A DNA stretch of 64,000 nt from a virus. The first letter of the stretch is position 1. Each line of letters starts with the position of its first letter. The stretch lies in IMG/VR virus record IMGVR_UViG_3300020204_000006; one strand, written 5' to 3'. A program made the position numbers and the translations under genes. Under the pieces are notes generated by a model, which saw nothing but the letters and a program-made list of their open reading frames with translations, was not told where the DNA came from and made no database searches. Of the stretch, positions 37,601-47,000 are shown piece after piece.

Positions 37601-39740
37601 TTCTAATGGACTGGTAGATGGAGAATTTATATCTATAGATTCTTCAGGAAGAAAAATAATGTTTAGGTTAAAAACAAAACAAAATGGTCTCAGATCTTTA
37701 AGAGTCGTAATTAAGGAGAATAAATTTATTTCCGGCAATTTTAATTCTGTATTTTTATGCAACTCAAAAGAATCAGCAGAATGTATTACTCAAATTCCTT
37801 TTATAAATAAAACTTCAAATTCTTCTTTATTTAAAATTAAAATGGATATTTATTCAGACGAGGATTGCCTAAATTACGTTGGATCTTTTGATTCAAGTGT
37901 AAACGTAAATTGCTTTACAAATGGGATAATGGGATATTATCAGTGTCCTTCTAAAAATATTATATACGTTAACTTTATTCCTCCCGTTATGGAATACATA
38001 AATATGTCTGGTTTTGAACTATCAAATAGTAGCATAGTTTCAATTGAAAAAGCTGATCTAATTTCAGAAAACATATCTAGAAAGTATTTACAGCCAGACA
38101 TAAAATATCATTTTAAGGCTTATGCGGTTTTTGACAGTGGAGAATCTACGTTTGTCACAAAATCTAATTTTAAATGTGAGAGTAATTCAAAGAGATCTTT
38201 AGAATATACTTCTCCAGTTCTTGTTTCTTCTGGTAAAAATGTATTGAACAATAATTTGGAAATATGCTCTCTTGCTGGAGGAGAGTCGGTACTATCATGG
38301 TCTGACACAAGATTTAATAAGCAGAGAGGAACAAGTCTATCTTTCTCTTCTAGTCAATTTAGTTGCATGTTTGCGACCGTTGATATGTCAAATAGATTTG
38401 TAAATTCTTCTTCTCAGGGTGGATATGATAGACATTTTAAATTTGTTTCTGGAGACACAGAACAAACATTTATATCAGAGTATAAATTTATTGCAGACAA
38501 TTTGGGTAATTTCTCTTCAATAGGTAGAACGGGTGAAAAAATATTATCTTCTCATATGGCACTTGGAACACAAAGAACGCCAAGGGCATTTGTGCCAATA
38601 TATAATGAGGGTAATGGTAGAACATTTTTTGATCAAACAAATAAATTTGAAACAATAACAAATTATGATGAATTTAGAAGAATAAGGGTAGTTAAAGATT
38701 TCGTTGATTATTTTTCTACAATTTCTGAGGACATAATATATCCAGTAGTTTCTGACTGTTTTGTGCATCTTGATGTTATAGGTGTTCCTGGAACGCAAGC
38801 TGTAAGAATAAAAAATGAAAATGATCAAGATTTCTCTTCATGGCTTCACATACAGGAACCTAATTCTGTTTATATTCAAAATAAATCTCAGCCAGAAAAA
38901 GATTTTATATCGGAATTTTCTCCTTTCTTTTTAGAAAGAGAAAGATTTGTTGTTCCATGGGTTTTAAGCTCTGGAAATGGCATCAAAAAAGTATGCATAC
39001 AGATACTAACGGCATTTGGTGTAACTAATACATTCTGTATAGATATAGTTGTAAATTATAAAAAATTAGATTACGAAGTAGAATTTTATTATGGGGTTGA
39101 TGATGCGCCTAGTTCTTCTAGCTCCTCTAGTTCTTCTGGTGGCTTTAGAATACCTTCCTCTTTCTATAGAAGATATCCTGTCTTGAATAATAAAACCATA
39201 TACGATCCAGAAACAGGAACAAGAATTTTTGAAAATGACTTAAGATCATTGAACATAAATGAAACATATGATATATCAAAAATAATAGCAGTCATTACTT
39301 TTAAAGACAAAAATAGAGTCGAAAGAATAAATAATCTTATGAGATATCCATTCTTCTCATCTAGGTCAAATAATCAGGTAATTGGCGCTAAATTGTATCA
39401 GCAGGGTATAGAGATAATAGATGTTCCGCTAACTAAAATATCTGATGGTGTTTATGAAGGAGAATTCCAAATAAAACAAAGTGATGGAATTGCTTATAAC
39501 GATGGTTTGGCATCTTTGCAGATTACTATTCCTGGTGAGTGTTTTATGCCAAACATATTTGATTTATTTTCTGAATTTAGGCAGTATAGATCTGCAAACT
39601 TGAATACAGAAATTAAAGTAGTTAATTATGCTAGCTATATACTTGATTTCTATAACAAAGATGATATTAAAAACAGTTTTGGTTCATCTGGTTATTATTC
39701 TGGAACTTTTAATTTTTTGAAAAATAATTCTGAAAGATGA
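28620..39740 (+). CDS. Giant mosaic tail-associated protein (3706 aa): BNR-like blades, dockerin-like domain, two RCC1 modules, poly-Ser linkers, Ig-like C-terminus
   Basis: NPHVISDKNGNIHLFFESDRTGESQIYYS (BNR-like); DLDGDG x2; seven WG-containing RCC1 repeats; 195-aa Ser tract; second degenerate RCC1 set. Confidence 0.8.
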   Translation: MIKAQFVLKNYSIKNDSIHLSFELNDCIIDGNYSVSFEDAESSESINFVDFDGNKKNIVNLLRNQNAFQGTILYPISKMGKKSNITLFCKILSDSGQSLVLGSNIDVVKNSSKNRSIYLDPPFVQDHSNINIYADGIPDGNAIIEIANKKFKSKVSNGQLNFNIDTRTILKDSDFYGKTLRKMPLEVKIGANNFYGELGVVPKSLRSLQATNDPQRPECVIIDTRPAQDQSFKFEPISLDCFQEPIIGPLYQTDTQKFSPQLTSLDSNFKNCHQGFISDSSTLLSAIKIIGTHASSNVDKEIVDSGFDFYTVASVIVSDDSVPVDVASTVPVVKLVKHHSSTNFDLTFKLRGVIEKPYFYYHSIYVPNNSTLAATDRGSVVFRFPNGNEIAKNFVFGSTDIYSVLNKIKNLIETDAALIKNEIVSEIINTGSRQELIVKSNLEFSIYKGQVSSESNSNKIQVELNTNRALRLFVTDCADRDVLQSISKVVFNTEPFKGAIANVISADSNYISIDFNPGFNKPNGFFISDTTYCVEFFGVKSTERNLVPETLTFNRMISKDGSYIPTINPVVSQNGRVFCQAEINGKYQIFIDNYPNWTQITFDGENRNPHVISDKNGNIHLFFESDRTGESQIYYSCIGYGSFQYNDSALNSFSVELSKVSETDKYFTRIAKDIRPFFILNESFGIEIFPSGILSINSPQLIQNLYSVYCLNEFSGLSPDNFQINYPEGVIAGLSSIVTIGLGQQISVQTIVVSKGISNQGATSFDVDFSASFNGKIKAVIYNIDDSISGQNKFKVFGRSDFVNYNQDGLGFDIPSMNDIAFEVVNNDSSNTSKINIAGTFEGLSSDIDIFIIKVILENVGSENTATSANLVASQNSLGNQISNTNCIVAVNPSEDFGAFRYPVYRDTNDTLFDGIYSSLNLGYEFNFSLIGNSSSNGYNISGFEEFTQISFSLSNFFSSPSSFDDFVFGTKLLSRSFGTFKVNPKNVDYLNSEISPVFEFSGKKKFVSGYSVGDGLRSYGILINCKNIDQSSGLVVQGTIEFDEPIVDIIFDKQEIETFEQDGFYGETIDQDYNYDNSCLVKVVFSEDKKSIRILAKFSENPCFFVVKIGDIDAKSKFLIKTNNQISDIENYFKSKFNIGSDFKGTFNNNRLYYISSDFSFNSFLPVFGNLRFDDDLLNPNSLLEYSSFNAGFSSPLNDVSGIYRLEDYNHSGSNIVYEVIKNLNIDAPKSDLYEFSLFLIFEKKTVLVRNQETLEDYCYRVGGALPGSSSSSSIGSISSSSSSSSSSFVPLPCIDGNSPGGCMDLDGDGFIGGGDLGVLLGNWNNPGNGDLDGDGAVGGSDLGILLGNWGRCVECQSSSSSSGDISSSSSSSSGTGPGTLCSFIEVEAGEKITGAIKSDGTLVIWGDVNSEVITSLPSSLPQITKISFGTAQSNAHAVAISSDGSALCWGNNSQGECNVPGDLGNVISVSAGANHTCAVKENGDVVCWGFNNSGQTNVPSGLSGVSKIHSHASHNIALKTDGTVSCWGSNLHGQCNVPSGLDDVIEISTGSGHCVALKRDGTVVCWGLNSSGQCNVPSFDGLSAIAISAGGSFTSAVLLDGTVVSWGMNTFGQTDVPSGMGFVIKIESGDDHTVVLFSNNTVSCWGRNDKNQCDVPDSCLTQTEISRSLSINQCDSYIEGHAENVYSGRYKIGIITRSKSLPTLSRDLYPGGTELHIFDKIFENKGSNRISIDVNYRKLVIEEMEHLLSISSKEIFFTNPLKEIDEKYPRFIRNIRVFSDGDIAGSVTRFANIEDKRRQFDAFFGSCSRSQDIPSYLGVHMMNENIILEQSNIRIGKLSYKPNSNITLDPRIYDFENMQSVGLLETLSRNESFEFTTEDPGDFYNVSEMSSSVDEWFSDRSGFTHVGSYLDGKHGSKSIILQDNIDSISSANPVLQNDSYHAKTYSEIRNYQLSSGYNGKISQNLGRSDSSDYTFLVDAAVIAPNQFIKTYRTIGLLNDGVIKFNNVYSKKSTFDQNNKTLQYDTLKFYFESSSAQDYSLFNLSYPAKAVLDSGNEYLVYIDNNHIARFVNYRMSIPPDIQLRKVAGATLTVPSSDTGTTFTFPSSSSSSSSSSDSSSSSSDSSSSSSESSSSSSESSSSSSESSSSSSESSSSSSESSSSSSESSSSSQSSSSSQSSSSSNSSSSSQSSSSSQSSSSSQSSSSSQSSSSSQSSSSSGSSSSSSGSSSSSDSSSSSGSSSSSSGSSSSSGSSSSSGSSSSSGSSSSSGSSSSSSGSSSSSDSSSSSDSSSSSSSSSSSSYFEDMPFGNTKVLMVASGIGFVVAIDENYKLIGNYDPGLASAQIQSDINTINALYTSDDDAIYAEYVSAGSDFFAIKTLNGYCEVYGNTYSSSLLPPSGLKIITFSCGGDFIVAISSTGSLEAWGNDSNINNNVPSGLFTSVSCGSSHALAIDVDGSVYAWGDNSFNQSNVPSGLKAVEISAGSKFSFAIDSEFKVVYWGEIDFQYNSGTIPTFACSVWCRNDTVLIGGFANEWNLFTDISTHKYESFLYYLIEHPIRYRSNSDIWAPGPVIDLFRLYDSNASVETNLNRYCRLLGYKDNICSSDFKINDPLVLSQIPVSVSANSLSKNIDAKRFEEDRIGLCYQSNIKNYRSDIYYRGYLNHFSIFGKNYYLSKDIQNQISSFEPSIGNDYYGNSIVAWRSQDSTASKENNYIYSSFIYNGSSDINKCLLDEMLYKLKDFFIYDPYDPYSFKILPQVCEVEFTFKAPASNTFNFFVDFYYDDEFKNKAYSYSSSVDPSIWSVDGVNAYADGHYAQAGDELLVRFHASDIEELSNKVLFVKIGFNSQSSSLKHGLVSQNNNEIKDPLAVSSDISGNNPNLNSNSKIWVMPEIISSDINLPKQEFINYKSEDGILRFNFYDNSRSSLDGISIGETAKSFYVHIQRGSGNSEFSDFVLRFGGTVSYVGFTKEDLDISSSYSIGEGVAYPQSNSSVSNGLVDGEFISIDSSGRKIMFRLKTKQNGLRSLRVVIKENKFISGNFNSVFLCNSKESAECITQIPFINKTSNSSLFKIKMDIYSDEDCLNYVGSFDSSVNVNCFTNGIMGYYQCPSKNIIYVNFIPPVMEYINMSGFELSNSSIVSIEKADLISENISRKYLQPDIKYHFKAYAVFDSGESTFVTKSNFKCESNSKRSLEYTSPVLVSSGKNVLNNNLEICSLAGGESVLSWSDTRFNKQRGTSLSFSSSQFSCMFATVDMSNRFVNSSSQGGYDRHFKFVSGDTEQTFISEYKFIADNLGNFSSIGRTGEKILSSHMALGTQRTPRAFVPIYNEGNGRTFFDQTNKFETITNYDEFRRIRVVKDFVDYFSTISEDIIYPVVSDCFVHLDVIGVPGTQAVRIKNENDQDFSSWLHIQEPNSVYIQNKSQPEKDFISEFSPFFLERERFVVPWVLSSGNGIKKVCIQILTAFGVTNTFCIDIVVNYKKLDYEVEFYYGVDDAPSSSSSSSSSGGFRIPSSFYRRYPVLNNKTIYDPETGTRIFENDLRSLNINETYDISKIIAVITFKDKNRVERINNLMRYPFFSSRSNNQVIGAKLYQQGIEIIDVPLTKISDGVYEGEFQIKQSDGIAYNDGLASLQITIPGECFMPNIFDLFSEFRQYRSANLNTEIKVVNYASYILDFYNKDDIKNSFGSSGYYSGTFNFLKNNSER
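32529..32681 (+). repeat. Duplicated Ca-binding dockerin-like motif (2 x 26 aa) inside the giant protein
   Basis: DLDGDGFIGGGDLGVLLGNW at 32535 and DLDGDGAVGGSDLGILLGNWG at 32613, spaced 78 nt apart, flanked by Cys. Confidence 0.9.
32763..33600 (+). repeat. Seven RCC1/BLIP-II repeats (one complete beta-propeller)
   Basis: Seven units of the form V..ISAG..H..A...DG.V.CWG.N..GQ.NVP: LVIWG, ALCWG, VVCWG, VSCWG, VVCWG, VVSWG, VSCWG. Confidence 0.9.
34938..35522 (+). repeat. In-frame tandem repeat encoding a 195-aa poly-Ser tract
   Basis: GATTCTTCTAGTAGTAGTAGT x2 (34968-35009), GAATCTAGCAGTAGTAGTAGT x5 perfect (35010-35114) plus one shorter copy, then 18-nt QS5 units and 18/21-nt GS5/DS5 units. 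Confidence 0.97.
35550..36210 (+). repeat. Second, degenerate RCC1-like repeat set (about 5 blades)
   Basis: FSCGGDFIVAISSTGSLEAWG; VSCGSSHALAIDVDGSVYAWGDNSFNQSNVPSGL; EISAGSKFSFAIDSEFKVVYWG; plus two weaker upstream blades. Confidence 0.75.
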
Positions 39741-39782
39741 GTTCATGTATTTTTTTTGTAATTATACTCTAATGGAGATATT

Positions 39783-41288
39783 ATGGCAGATTTAGTTGCA
39801 AAAAACATATTGTCGCCTTCGGGTGGTGAGGAGTTTTTTCCTGATCAATCTGTTTTAGTAACTTTTGATAACATAAGCTATCCGGACGACCAATTTTATT
39901 TTGATCTTTTTGTAACTTTAAATTATGATGGGATAGATAATTCCAATTGGGATTTTATAGCAAGACTTCCAATAGGTGTTCGCGAATATGAACTTTTTTT
40001 TAAAAAACCTATTTTTGGTAATAATATTAGACTGGCTACATGTGGTGTTTCTAGAAAGGGCATAAGATCAATTAAAAATGTTATGCCAAGGTCTTTTTCT
40101 TTTCGTCCTAGATTAGTAAAGGATCCAGTGCTAATCAATCCTGTTTCCAACAAATCATATTCAAATACTATAGAAATTTTGATAGACAATTCTTATTTAA
40201 ATTATTCTGAAAAAAGTAACATAAGATTTTATTCTTATTTTTCTTCTAACTTTTTAGGCATATTAAATTCCCCAATAGCCGAGAGGGTTGATTCTAGTAT
40301 TTCTCAAATAAAATGGAACATAGCAGATCTTCCCAACTCTGATGATTATGAAATTTTATGCTATTATTCGGACGATTTAGGGAACAGATCTTCGGATGTT
40401 GTAATTAAAAATTTAAACATAACAAATCCTGGACTTTGCATAATTGACACGGAACCTCCACAAACTGCTATAAAAATACAAAATGATTCTGAATACATAT
40501 CAGATCCAAATGTATCAATAAAGCTTTATAGTTATGATGACACAACTGGAATAAATGGATTTGTTTTTAAAGAACTTAGATTTAATGAAGAAAATGAAAT
40601 ACAAGAAGTAAAAAAGTCTGAACCAAGAAATTATGATATTAACAATTTTTATACTGTTTTAGATGAAGATGGTAAAACCTACATAGGTGCTTTGGTTGAA
40701 GATGTAGCTGGTAATAGAACTGATTATTCACTGGAGTATAATTCTTCACTTACTTATAACATAAATTATTTTAGATCAAGTAACCTTAATATAGAAAATT
40801 TTAATGTAACTGCTTCATCTTCAGATGGTGTTTCGGCGTATTTTGCAGTAGAAAAAAATGGTTTATATTATTTGTATAGGAAAACTGAAATATTTACTAT
40901 GGTAAAGGAGCTACCTTTGCCCTGTATCGCCATAAAAAACTCTGCAGACGACGTTGTAATGTCTTTTGAGAACTCTAATAGGTCACTTGAAATAAAAAGA
41001 TTTAGTAATAATACTTTATTTGAAATATTTAAAAGTAGCTCAAAAAACACCATGTGCAATTCAATTGAATTTTATAAAAATAGTTATTATCTTGGTTGTG
41101 ATGATGGCTCACTTTACAGGCTTAACGCATCGTCTGTTTCTATTGTCGCAGACATTAGTACATTTAAAAAGCCAATAAGGCTTATTGAAAAAACAAAAAA
41201 TAATGTAATGAATATATACGTTAATTTAGGGGCAGAAATATATTCTTTTGATGGACAAAACATAGTCAGGAGCGATATATTAATATGA
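39783..41288 (+). CDS. Tail-associated protein with FN3/Ig-like domains and C-terminal propeller-like region (501 aa)
   Basis: RBS GGAG. YEILCYYSDDLGNRS; DTEPPQTAIKIQND....DPNVSIKL.SYDDTTGI...VEDVAGN are Ig-like signatures. Confidence 0.6.
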   Translation: MADLVAKNILSPSGGEEFFPDQSVLVTFDNISYPDDQFYFDLFVTLNYDGIDNSNWDFIARLPIGVREYELFFKKPIFGNNIRLATCGVSRKGIRSIKNVMPRSFSFRPRLVKDPVLINPVSNKSYSNTIEILIDNSYLNYSEKSNIRFYSYFSSNFLGILNSPIAERVDSSISQIKWNIADLPNSDDYEILCYYSDDLGNRSSDVVIKNLNITNPGLCIIDTEPPQTAIKIQNDSEYISDPNVSIKLYSYDDTTGINGFVFKELRFNEENEIQEVKKSEPRNYDINNFYTVLDEDGKTYIGALVEDVAGNRTDYSLEYNSSLTYNINYFRSSNLNIENFNVTASSSDGVSAYFAVEKNGLYYLYRKTEIFTMVKELPLPCIAIKNSADDVVMSFENSNRSLEIKRFSNNTLFEIFKSSSKNTMCNSIEFYKNSYYLGCDDGSLYRLNASSVSIVADISTFKKPIRLIEKTKNNVMNIYVNLGAEIYSFDGQNIVRSDILI

Positions 41289-42832
41289 CAAATGAAGAAA
41301 ACTATTTAAATTTAGAAATATATGGCAAAAAAAATGAATATTCTTCTACTATAGAGGGTAAAAATCCTATTTTTAGAATAAGGTACGATAAAGAAAATGT
41401 AAACTCTTTTTCAAGCAATATTTCTGGGTATATAAAAGCAAAGTTTTTAGTAGAAAATTCTAATAATTTTATATATTTAAATGGATATTTTTATGATAAA
41501 AATGGAAATGAATTTAAAAAAGTTGAATATTTATTAAGTGGTAATAATATATACAACATGTACTCTTACTTTAAGAGTACTCCTGGCATAGGAATCAGAA
41601 TAGAAACTTCAAATCTTAGTTTTCTTTTTAGTGACTTTAAGCAGTATGAATCTGTTTATTATAATGGTTGGTATTATATATGTGCTTCTAAAGGATCCTT
41701 CCAAAAAAATTCTTATAGATCTGCTTTTTTAGGATCTTCTACATTTGATAGTTCTTTATATTATGACATGTTCTACACTATGTCTGACATTAATTCTCAG
41801 ACATATCTTCCAAGCGAATTTAAAAATAGTATTGGCGGTTACCTTTCTGATGGAAATGTTTTTGGAAATAGTTTTTTAATAGAAAACATGTACCCAGATT
41901 CTATAAATATAAGTATTCATGATCATGGTATATCTGATGGCCTTCAGCAAGGTAGTGTTATTGAAATAACAATAGATGAAGAAATAATGTCTGTTGAATT
42001 TATGAGAGCTGAGCAGCAGGGTAATATTGCTTTTTTTAAGATAATAGAAAGAGGCCTTTATTTTACTCCTATTCAGGGCCATATTATAAATTCTAAAGTA
42101 AAAAGAAATGATAAAACAGATATATTTAATTTTACATTTGATGAGTCTGGTCAGTATTTTACTCAGTTTAGATGTCTTGGTTTAAATATTAATGCTCAAC
42201 AGGGTGATTTCGTATGCTCAAACATATCTGCAAGATTTTCATGGGAGTCATCTCCATATTATACATATGATTTTGCTTTTGAAATACCATTATTTGAGAG
42301 AGTTATTTCAAGTAGTATATCAGGAAACAATTTTTCAATTAATGTTAACGAACTCTTGAAGGATTTATTGCTTTCAAGGTTTAATTCTAATTCAGTTTTT
42401 TCTCCATCACTTCTTGTTGGTATGCCTATAGTTGTTAATTCTACTGATGGCTCTTCTCATAAAAGATATATATCTAGTTATAACTCATCAACAAATCAAA
42501 TTATTTTTAATGAACCACTTCCATTTTCAATATCAATTAGTGATCAGGTTATTTTTGGTCCATCTCCCTCTAGGTCTTCAGTAAAAGGTATATCTATGGA
42601 TGAAAGCTCAGATCCTAGATTTAGTGGCTTCCTGGGTGTTGTTAGATATCAGGCAATAGGTGCATTGCAAAATATTTTATTACCAATACCTCCAATATTT
42701 ACACAAAGGTATTCATCAACCATAAAATCAATGGATACAATTTATATTTGGATTAAACGAGTTATTAAAAATAATAATATAAATAATTTCGACCAAAGAC
42801 TTTTTATGAATTTTGATTGCGAGGTAAATTAA
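41285..42832 (+). CDS. Hypothetical tail-region protein (515 aa)
   Basis: ATGA overlap with the previous gene. Beta-rich. No family recognised. Confidence 0.7.
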   Translation: MTNEENYLNLEIYGKKNEYSSTIEGKNPIFRIRYDKENVNSFSSNISGYIKAKFLVENSNNFIYLNGYFYDKNGNEFKKVEYLLSGNNIYNMYSYFKSTPGIGIRIETSNLSFLFSDFKQYESVYYNGWYYICASKGSFQKNSYRSAFLGSSTFDSSLYYDMFYTMSDINSQTYLPSEFKNSIGGYLSDGNVFGNSFLIENMYPDSINISIHDHGISDGLQQGSVIEITIDEEIMSVEFMRAEQQGNIAFFKIIERGLYFTPIQGHIINSKVKRNDKTDIFNFTFDESGQYFTQFRCLGLNINAQQGDFVCSNISARFSWESSPYYTYDFAFEIPLFERVISSSISGNNFSINVNELLKDLLLSRFNSNSVFSPSLLVGMPIVVNSTDGSSHKRYISSYNSSTNQIIFNEPLPFSISISDQVIFGPSPSRSSVKGISMDESSDPRFSGFLGVVRYQAIGALQNILLPIPPIFTQRYSSTIKSMDTIYIWIKRVIKNNNINNFDQRLFMNFDCEVN

Positions 42833-42833
42833 T

Positions 42834-44033
42834 ATGCCATATTCATTTGACAGGACATTTGCATATCAATTTGATCAGAGTCTTAGTCCATATTCTTATT
42901 TTATAAATTCCATACCAAATATTACTGCTTTTAATGCGGATAGTTCTTCAATTGTAACAGATATTGAATATGTTTCTAGCTCAAATAATAAAAATAGTAT
43001 TTCTATGAAGAACGGGGTTGAGTACAAGATTATTGTTGATTCTTTGAGCAAAAAATATTTTGGTCCTTATCCAAATAGTTCTTCCGGTACCGATTGGGTT
43101 TTTTGTATTGACTATTTTTCCACATCTTTTGGTTCTATAGTTGCCAATCAGCAGTCTGTTACAAGAAGAAGAATGCTTGCTTGTCAAGCTAGGGTTTCTC
43201 TTGATGCTTCAACAAACGAGTATGTGATATTTAATGATGCATCTTCAAATAAGTTTAGTGAATTTTTTATATTTGAAGAATCAACTGACAATCCAGATAT
43301 AAGCTCCATTCATTTTTGGATTAGAAAAAACAATTCATCAGAATATTACAAATTTAAAACAGAAAATTTTTCCGTCAACAAATGGACAAATCTTGTTATA
43401 TCTATGGGTCAGCCTGCAATTCCAGAGCCAGGTAATAGCGATCCTACAGAGTCTTATTTTTTAAAAATTTATGTTAATTGCCAAGAATTGACATACTCTA
43501 TATATGGAGAGGCTCCTTCTCAGTATTCAAATACAGTAGAATATTTTTCCTTACCATCTCCCGAAAACTGCTTTGACTTTGTTCTAAACTCAAGATGTTT
43601 TGGTGATTCTTTTAGGAGTGTACGTCTTTCTAGTCTTATTAATGAGGTTTCTTGTTTTAATAGAAGATCTGATGATTTTGAAGACAGACCATATTTTACA
43701 GAAAAAGACGTTTTTGATATTTACAATTATGGGATAGTTACTAATATGTTTGACACATATAAAGTTACTGGTGGTAAATTTTTAATTAAAAGTTCTATAC
43801 CTTCAACTGTTAGGGTATTGTGCGCTGAAGGGTCTTCAGAAGGTCAATATTTGGGTTTAAGTGATGGAAGATTATTGGAGTCAAAGGAGTCGGTATGGCA
43901 ATATTCGAAATTACTTAATAGCCAAGAGTCTTTAAATAGTATAAATGTTATTGGCATAACAAATAACTTTTCTACTGTTATTGTTCCTGGTTCTGGAATT
44001 AAATTTACTGGATCAATAGTTGAATTAGAATAA
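42834..44033 (+). CDS. LamG/concanavalin A-like domain tail protein
   Basis: SIHFWIR...NKWTNLVISM...LKIYVNCQE...INEVSCFNR.....EKDVFDIYNYG follows the LamG pattern. Confidence 0.65.
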   Translation: MPYSFDRTFAYQFDQSLSPYSYFINSIPNITAFNADSSSIVTDIEYVSSSNNKNSISMKNGVEYKIIVDSLSKKYFGPYPNSSSGTDWVFCIDYFSTSFGSIVANQQSVTRRRMLACQARVSLDASTNEYVIFNDASSNKFSEFFIFEESTDNPDISSIHFWIRKNNSSEYYKFKTENFSVNKWTNLVISMGQPAIPEPGNSDPTESYFLKIYVNCQELTYSIYGEAPSQYSNTVEYFSLPSPENCFDFVLNSRCFGDSFRSVRLSSLINEVSCFNRRSDDFEDRPYFTEKDVFDIYNYGIVTNMFDTYKVTGGKFLIKSSIPSTVRVLCAEGSSEGQYLGLSDGRLLESKESVWQYSKLLNSQESLNSINVIGITNNFSTVIVPGSGIKFTGSIVELE

Positions 44034-44034
44034 A

Positions 44035-47000
44035 ATGATACCTATAGTCAAAATAAACGGTTCTTCTGATATATTAAGTGGGGTTAGGTGTAGGCCTAAT
44101 GATGTTCATATTAGTTGGTCTTTTTCAGATTACGCTAGCATAAATTTTGAATCTTTAAAATTTGATTTAAGGATTAGTGGATCTAGCGATAATCACGGAA
44201 CTAATAGTTTTGAAGGAGACAGGTTTAGTATATCTAATTTTTCAGCCTCAGTTGGTAGCTATATATTCTCTCCATCTTTACCTTTAGGCAGAAATCTTCA
44301 ATACTTTGGTCAAATAAAGTTTTATGACAATAATTCTTCTTCTAATTGGGTTTCTTTTATACTAAAAGTTAATCACACTCCATTTGTCATAGATGCAAAA
44401 TATTTAAATTCTACGTTTAGTATTGATAATGATTTAGTTATTGATTTCCAAAAAAGCAGAGAAGAAATTTCTGTTGAAATAAGTTGGTTTAGAAATAATG
44501 TTTTGCAAACTAATTTGAAAAATTCAAAAATTGTTCCATCCGGTAGAATATCATATAATGATATATGGTATGCTCAGATACTGGCTTTTGATGATCTTGA
44601 AGCAGGAATAGCTGTAAGTCTACCAGCTGTTCAGATTAAGGCAGAGACTCCTGTAGTAAGTTACTTGCAAATACTTCCTCCTGATCCAGTTGAAGAAGAC
44701 ATACTTGAGGGATCATATTCTCTTATAGAAGGATTGCCTTCTGGTTCTTTTGGAGATGTAATTTTTAATGATGCAAGTGAAATTAAATGGTATGTTAATG
44801 ACGAGCTTATAGAGACGGTAAATAACAGAAAATTTGTAAGATTAAATTTAAGACAAGATGATGTTGTCTACTTTACTGTGAGACCTGAAAATTTTTCTAA
44901 CTTTGGTTCAGTTGTAAAAAGTGAATCAAAAATAATACAATCTTCTGGTTATTTTGTTTTTGACATGTCAATAGATGGCAAATTCTCTAATCCAGTGGTT
45001 TCTAGTGACCAGCCTGTGATAAGATGGAAGTTAAAAAAACCAGGAAATAAAAATCCTAACTTTTTTAAAATTATAATAGGTACAAGAGATGGATCTAATG
45101 ATATCTTGTCATTTATAGGTAAATATGAAAATGATTATTATACCATTCCTGCCCAAGCTCTAAAGCCTGGTGCAAGATATTTTGTATCTATTTCTGTTTC
45201 TTATGATGATAAAAATTTTAGAAATTTTGGAAAAATAAATTTCTATTTCTCAGGTAAATTTTGGAAAGAAAATGTTTCAAACCAAGTAGGGTATACTCTC
45301 TTATTAAAATCAAAAATTCACAATGTCGGTTCTGATGAGCCAAGTCAATTAGCTGGATATTCTATGCAATTTTCAGACGGTGTATTTTATTATGAAGTTA
45401 TAGAATATTTGAATAAGACTTTGGTTATATTTGACACTTCTTCAAAAATAGAATTTACCAATAATAACGCTCAGTATCACGAAACTTTAATTGGAGTAAT
45501 TGGTAATAGATTCTTTCTTTTTGTTAATGGCGTTAAAAAAATGGATTCAACATATTTGGTTTCTTCTTCTACGCAAAAGTTCATTACTTTAAGATCAAGA
45601 CCAGATGGAGAAAAAGAAGTTGCACTAGAGGTTGAAAAATTAAATATAAATGTTGATGGCATATTTGAGCCTGGAGTTTCATCCATATATGCCGCTCAAA
45701 GTTTTGAAGAAAGAGCATTTTTTCCAGAAGGCTTTATATCTTCGATGGCTGCCAAAGATAATCACTTTATAGTTTCCGTAAATTCTTTTAACTTTAAAGA
45801 GTCTTCTAAGCTTTACAAATTTACTCCTGATCAAAATTTTATAGATTTTAATCTTAATTCGACACAAAATCAGTACTCTAATATATCAGTTGACAATTTT
45901 ACGTTTAATGGTATAGAGTTGTCTCCCAATGGTAAAAAACTGTCTATATATCATAGTAGGGGTATAAGTATATTTAACGACTTACCAGTATTCGGATGGG
46001 ACATAAATACTCCGTGTAGCTCTGTTGTTGATTTAGAAAAAGATGGATGGAATCTTGTCTCTTCTTCTCCAAGGTCCTTTAGAGTTGAATCTAGCTGCTT
46101 TGAGTTTGATACCAGTTTCGCAAATAATGGTAAAACTTCATTTAACATATTTTCTGGTTCTGTTTCTGTAGCAAAAATTGAAAAAAACAATTTTTTTAAT
46201 ATTGTTGATTACTCAATGTCTTATCAAAACAATATTTTGTCCATAACAAAAATTTCTGGTTCTGATGAATATATAGATTCTGTATCGATTGATCTTTCTG
46301 GTAAGAATATATCAGACATGGTTAGTATATTAAAGAACATAAACATAAGTTCTTTACCCGATAATAATATCCCATTTGGTGTTTTTTATGAAATATTTTT
46401 AGTTGAAAAATATTCTGGTATACCTTGTAGCAGGATAGCTTCTTTTAATGATTCTATTTTTGATTTTATAGATATATTGATATCTGATTTTGAAGATTCT
46501 TTCGATCCATACGCTGCAAATGCATATTCCAGTATAAATAATTCCTATTCCTATCTGTCTCAAAATTTTGCTGGAGATCAATGGGATACACTTGCTTCTA
46601 ATAAAATCGGATATACATTTAAATTTGATGTTCAATCTCTTTTGGCAGAAGATGGTTTGAGTCCAAATAAGCTAAACCATGATGGATCTTTTGGTATATA
46701 TTTAAATGATGGAAGTTATAAACTTAAAATAGATACTTTGCCTGATTCATTAATTGTAAATGGAATAAAGTCATCAAATATTGATCTTTCTTCAAACTTT
46801 TCATCATTTCATGTTGCTGTAAAAGATGGCAAATATAGACTTTTTAATAAGAATGTTGACGGATGGATTGCCATTGACGAAGGAGACATGGAATCTGTTA
46901 ATGTTTCTGGAATAGATAAGGACAATATATCTTGCAGTGCAAGATCTGGTAAAAAAGTAATATTTTGGGAAGAATCAAATTCAGATGGCAAATTAATAAA

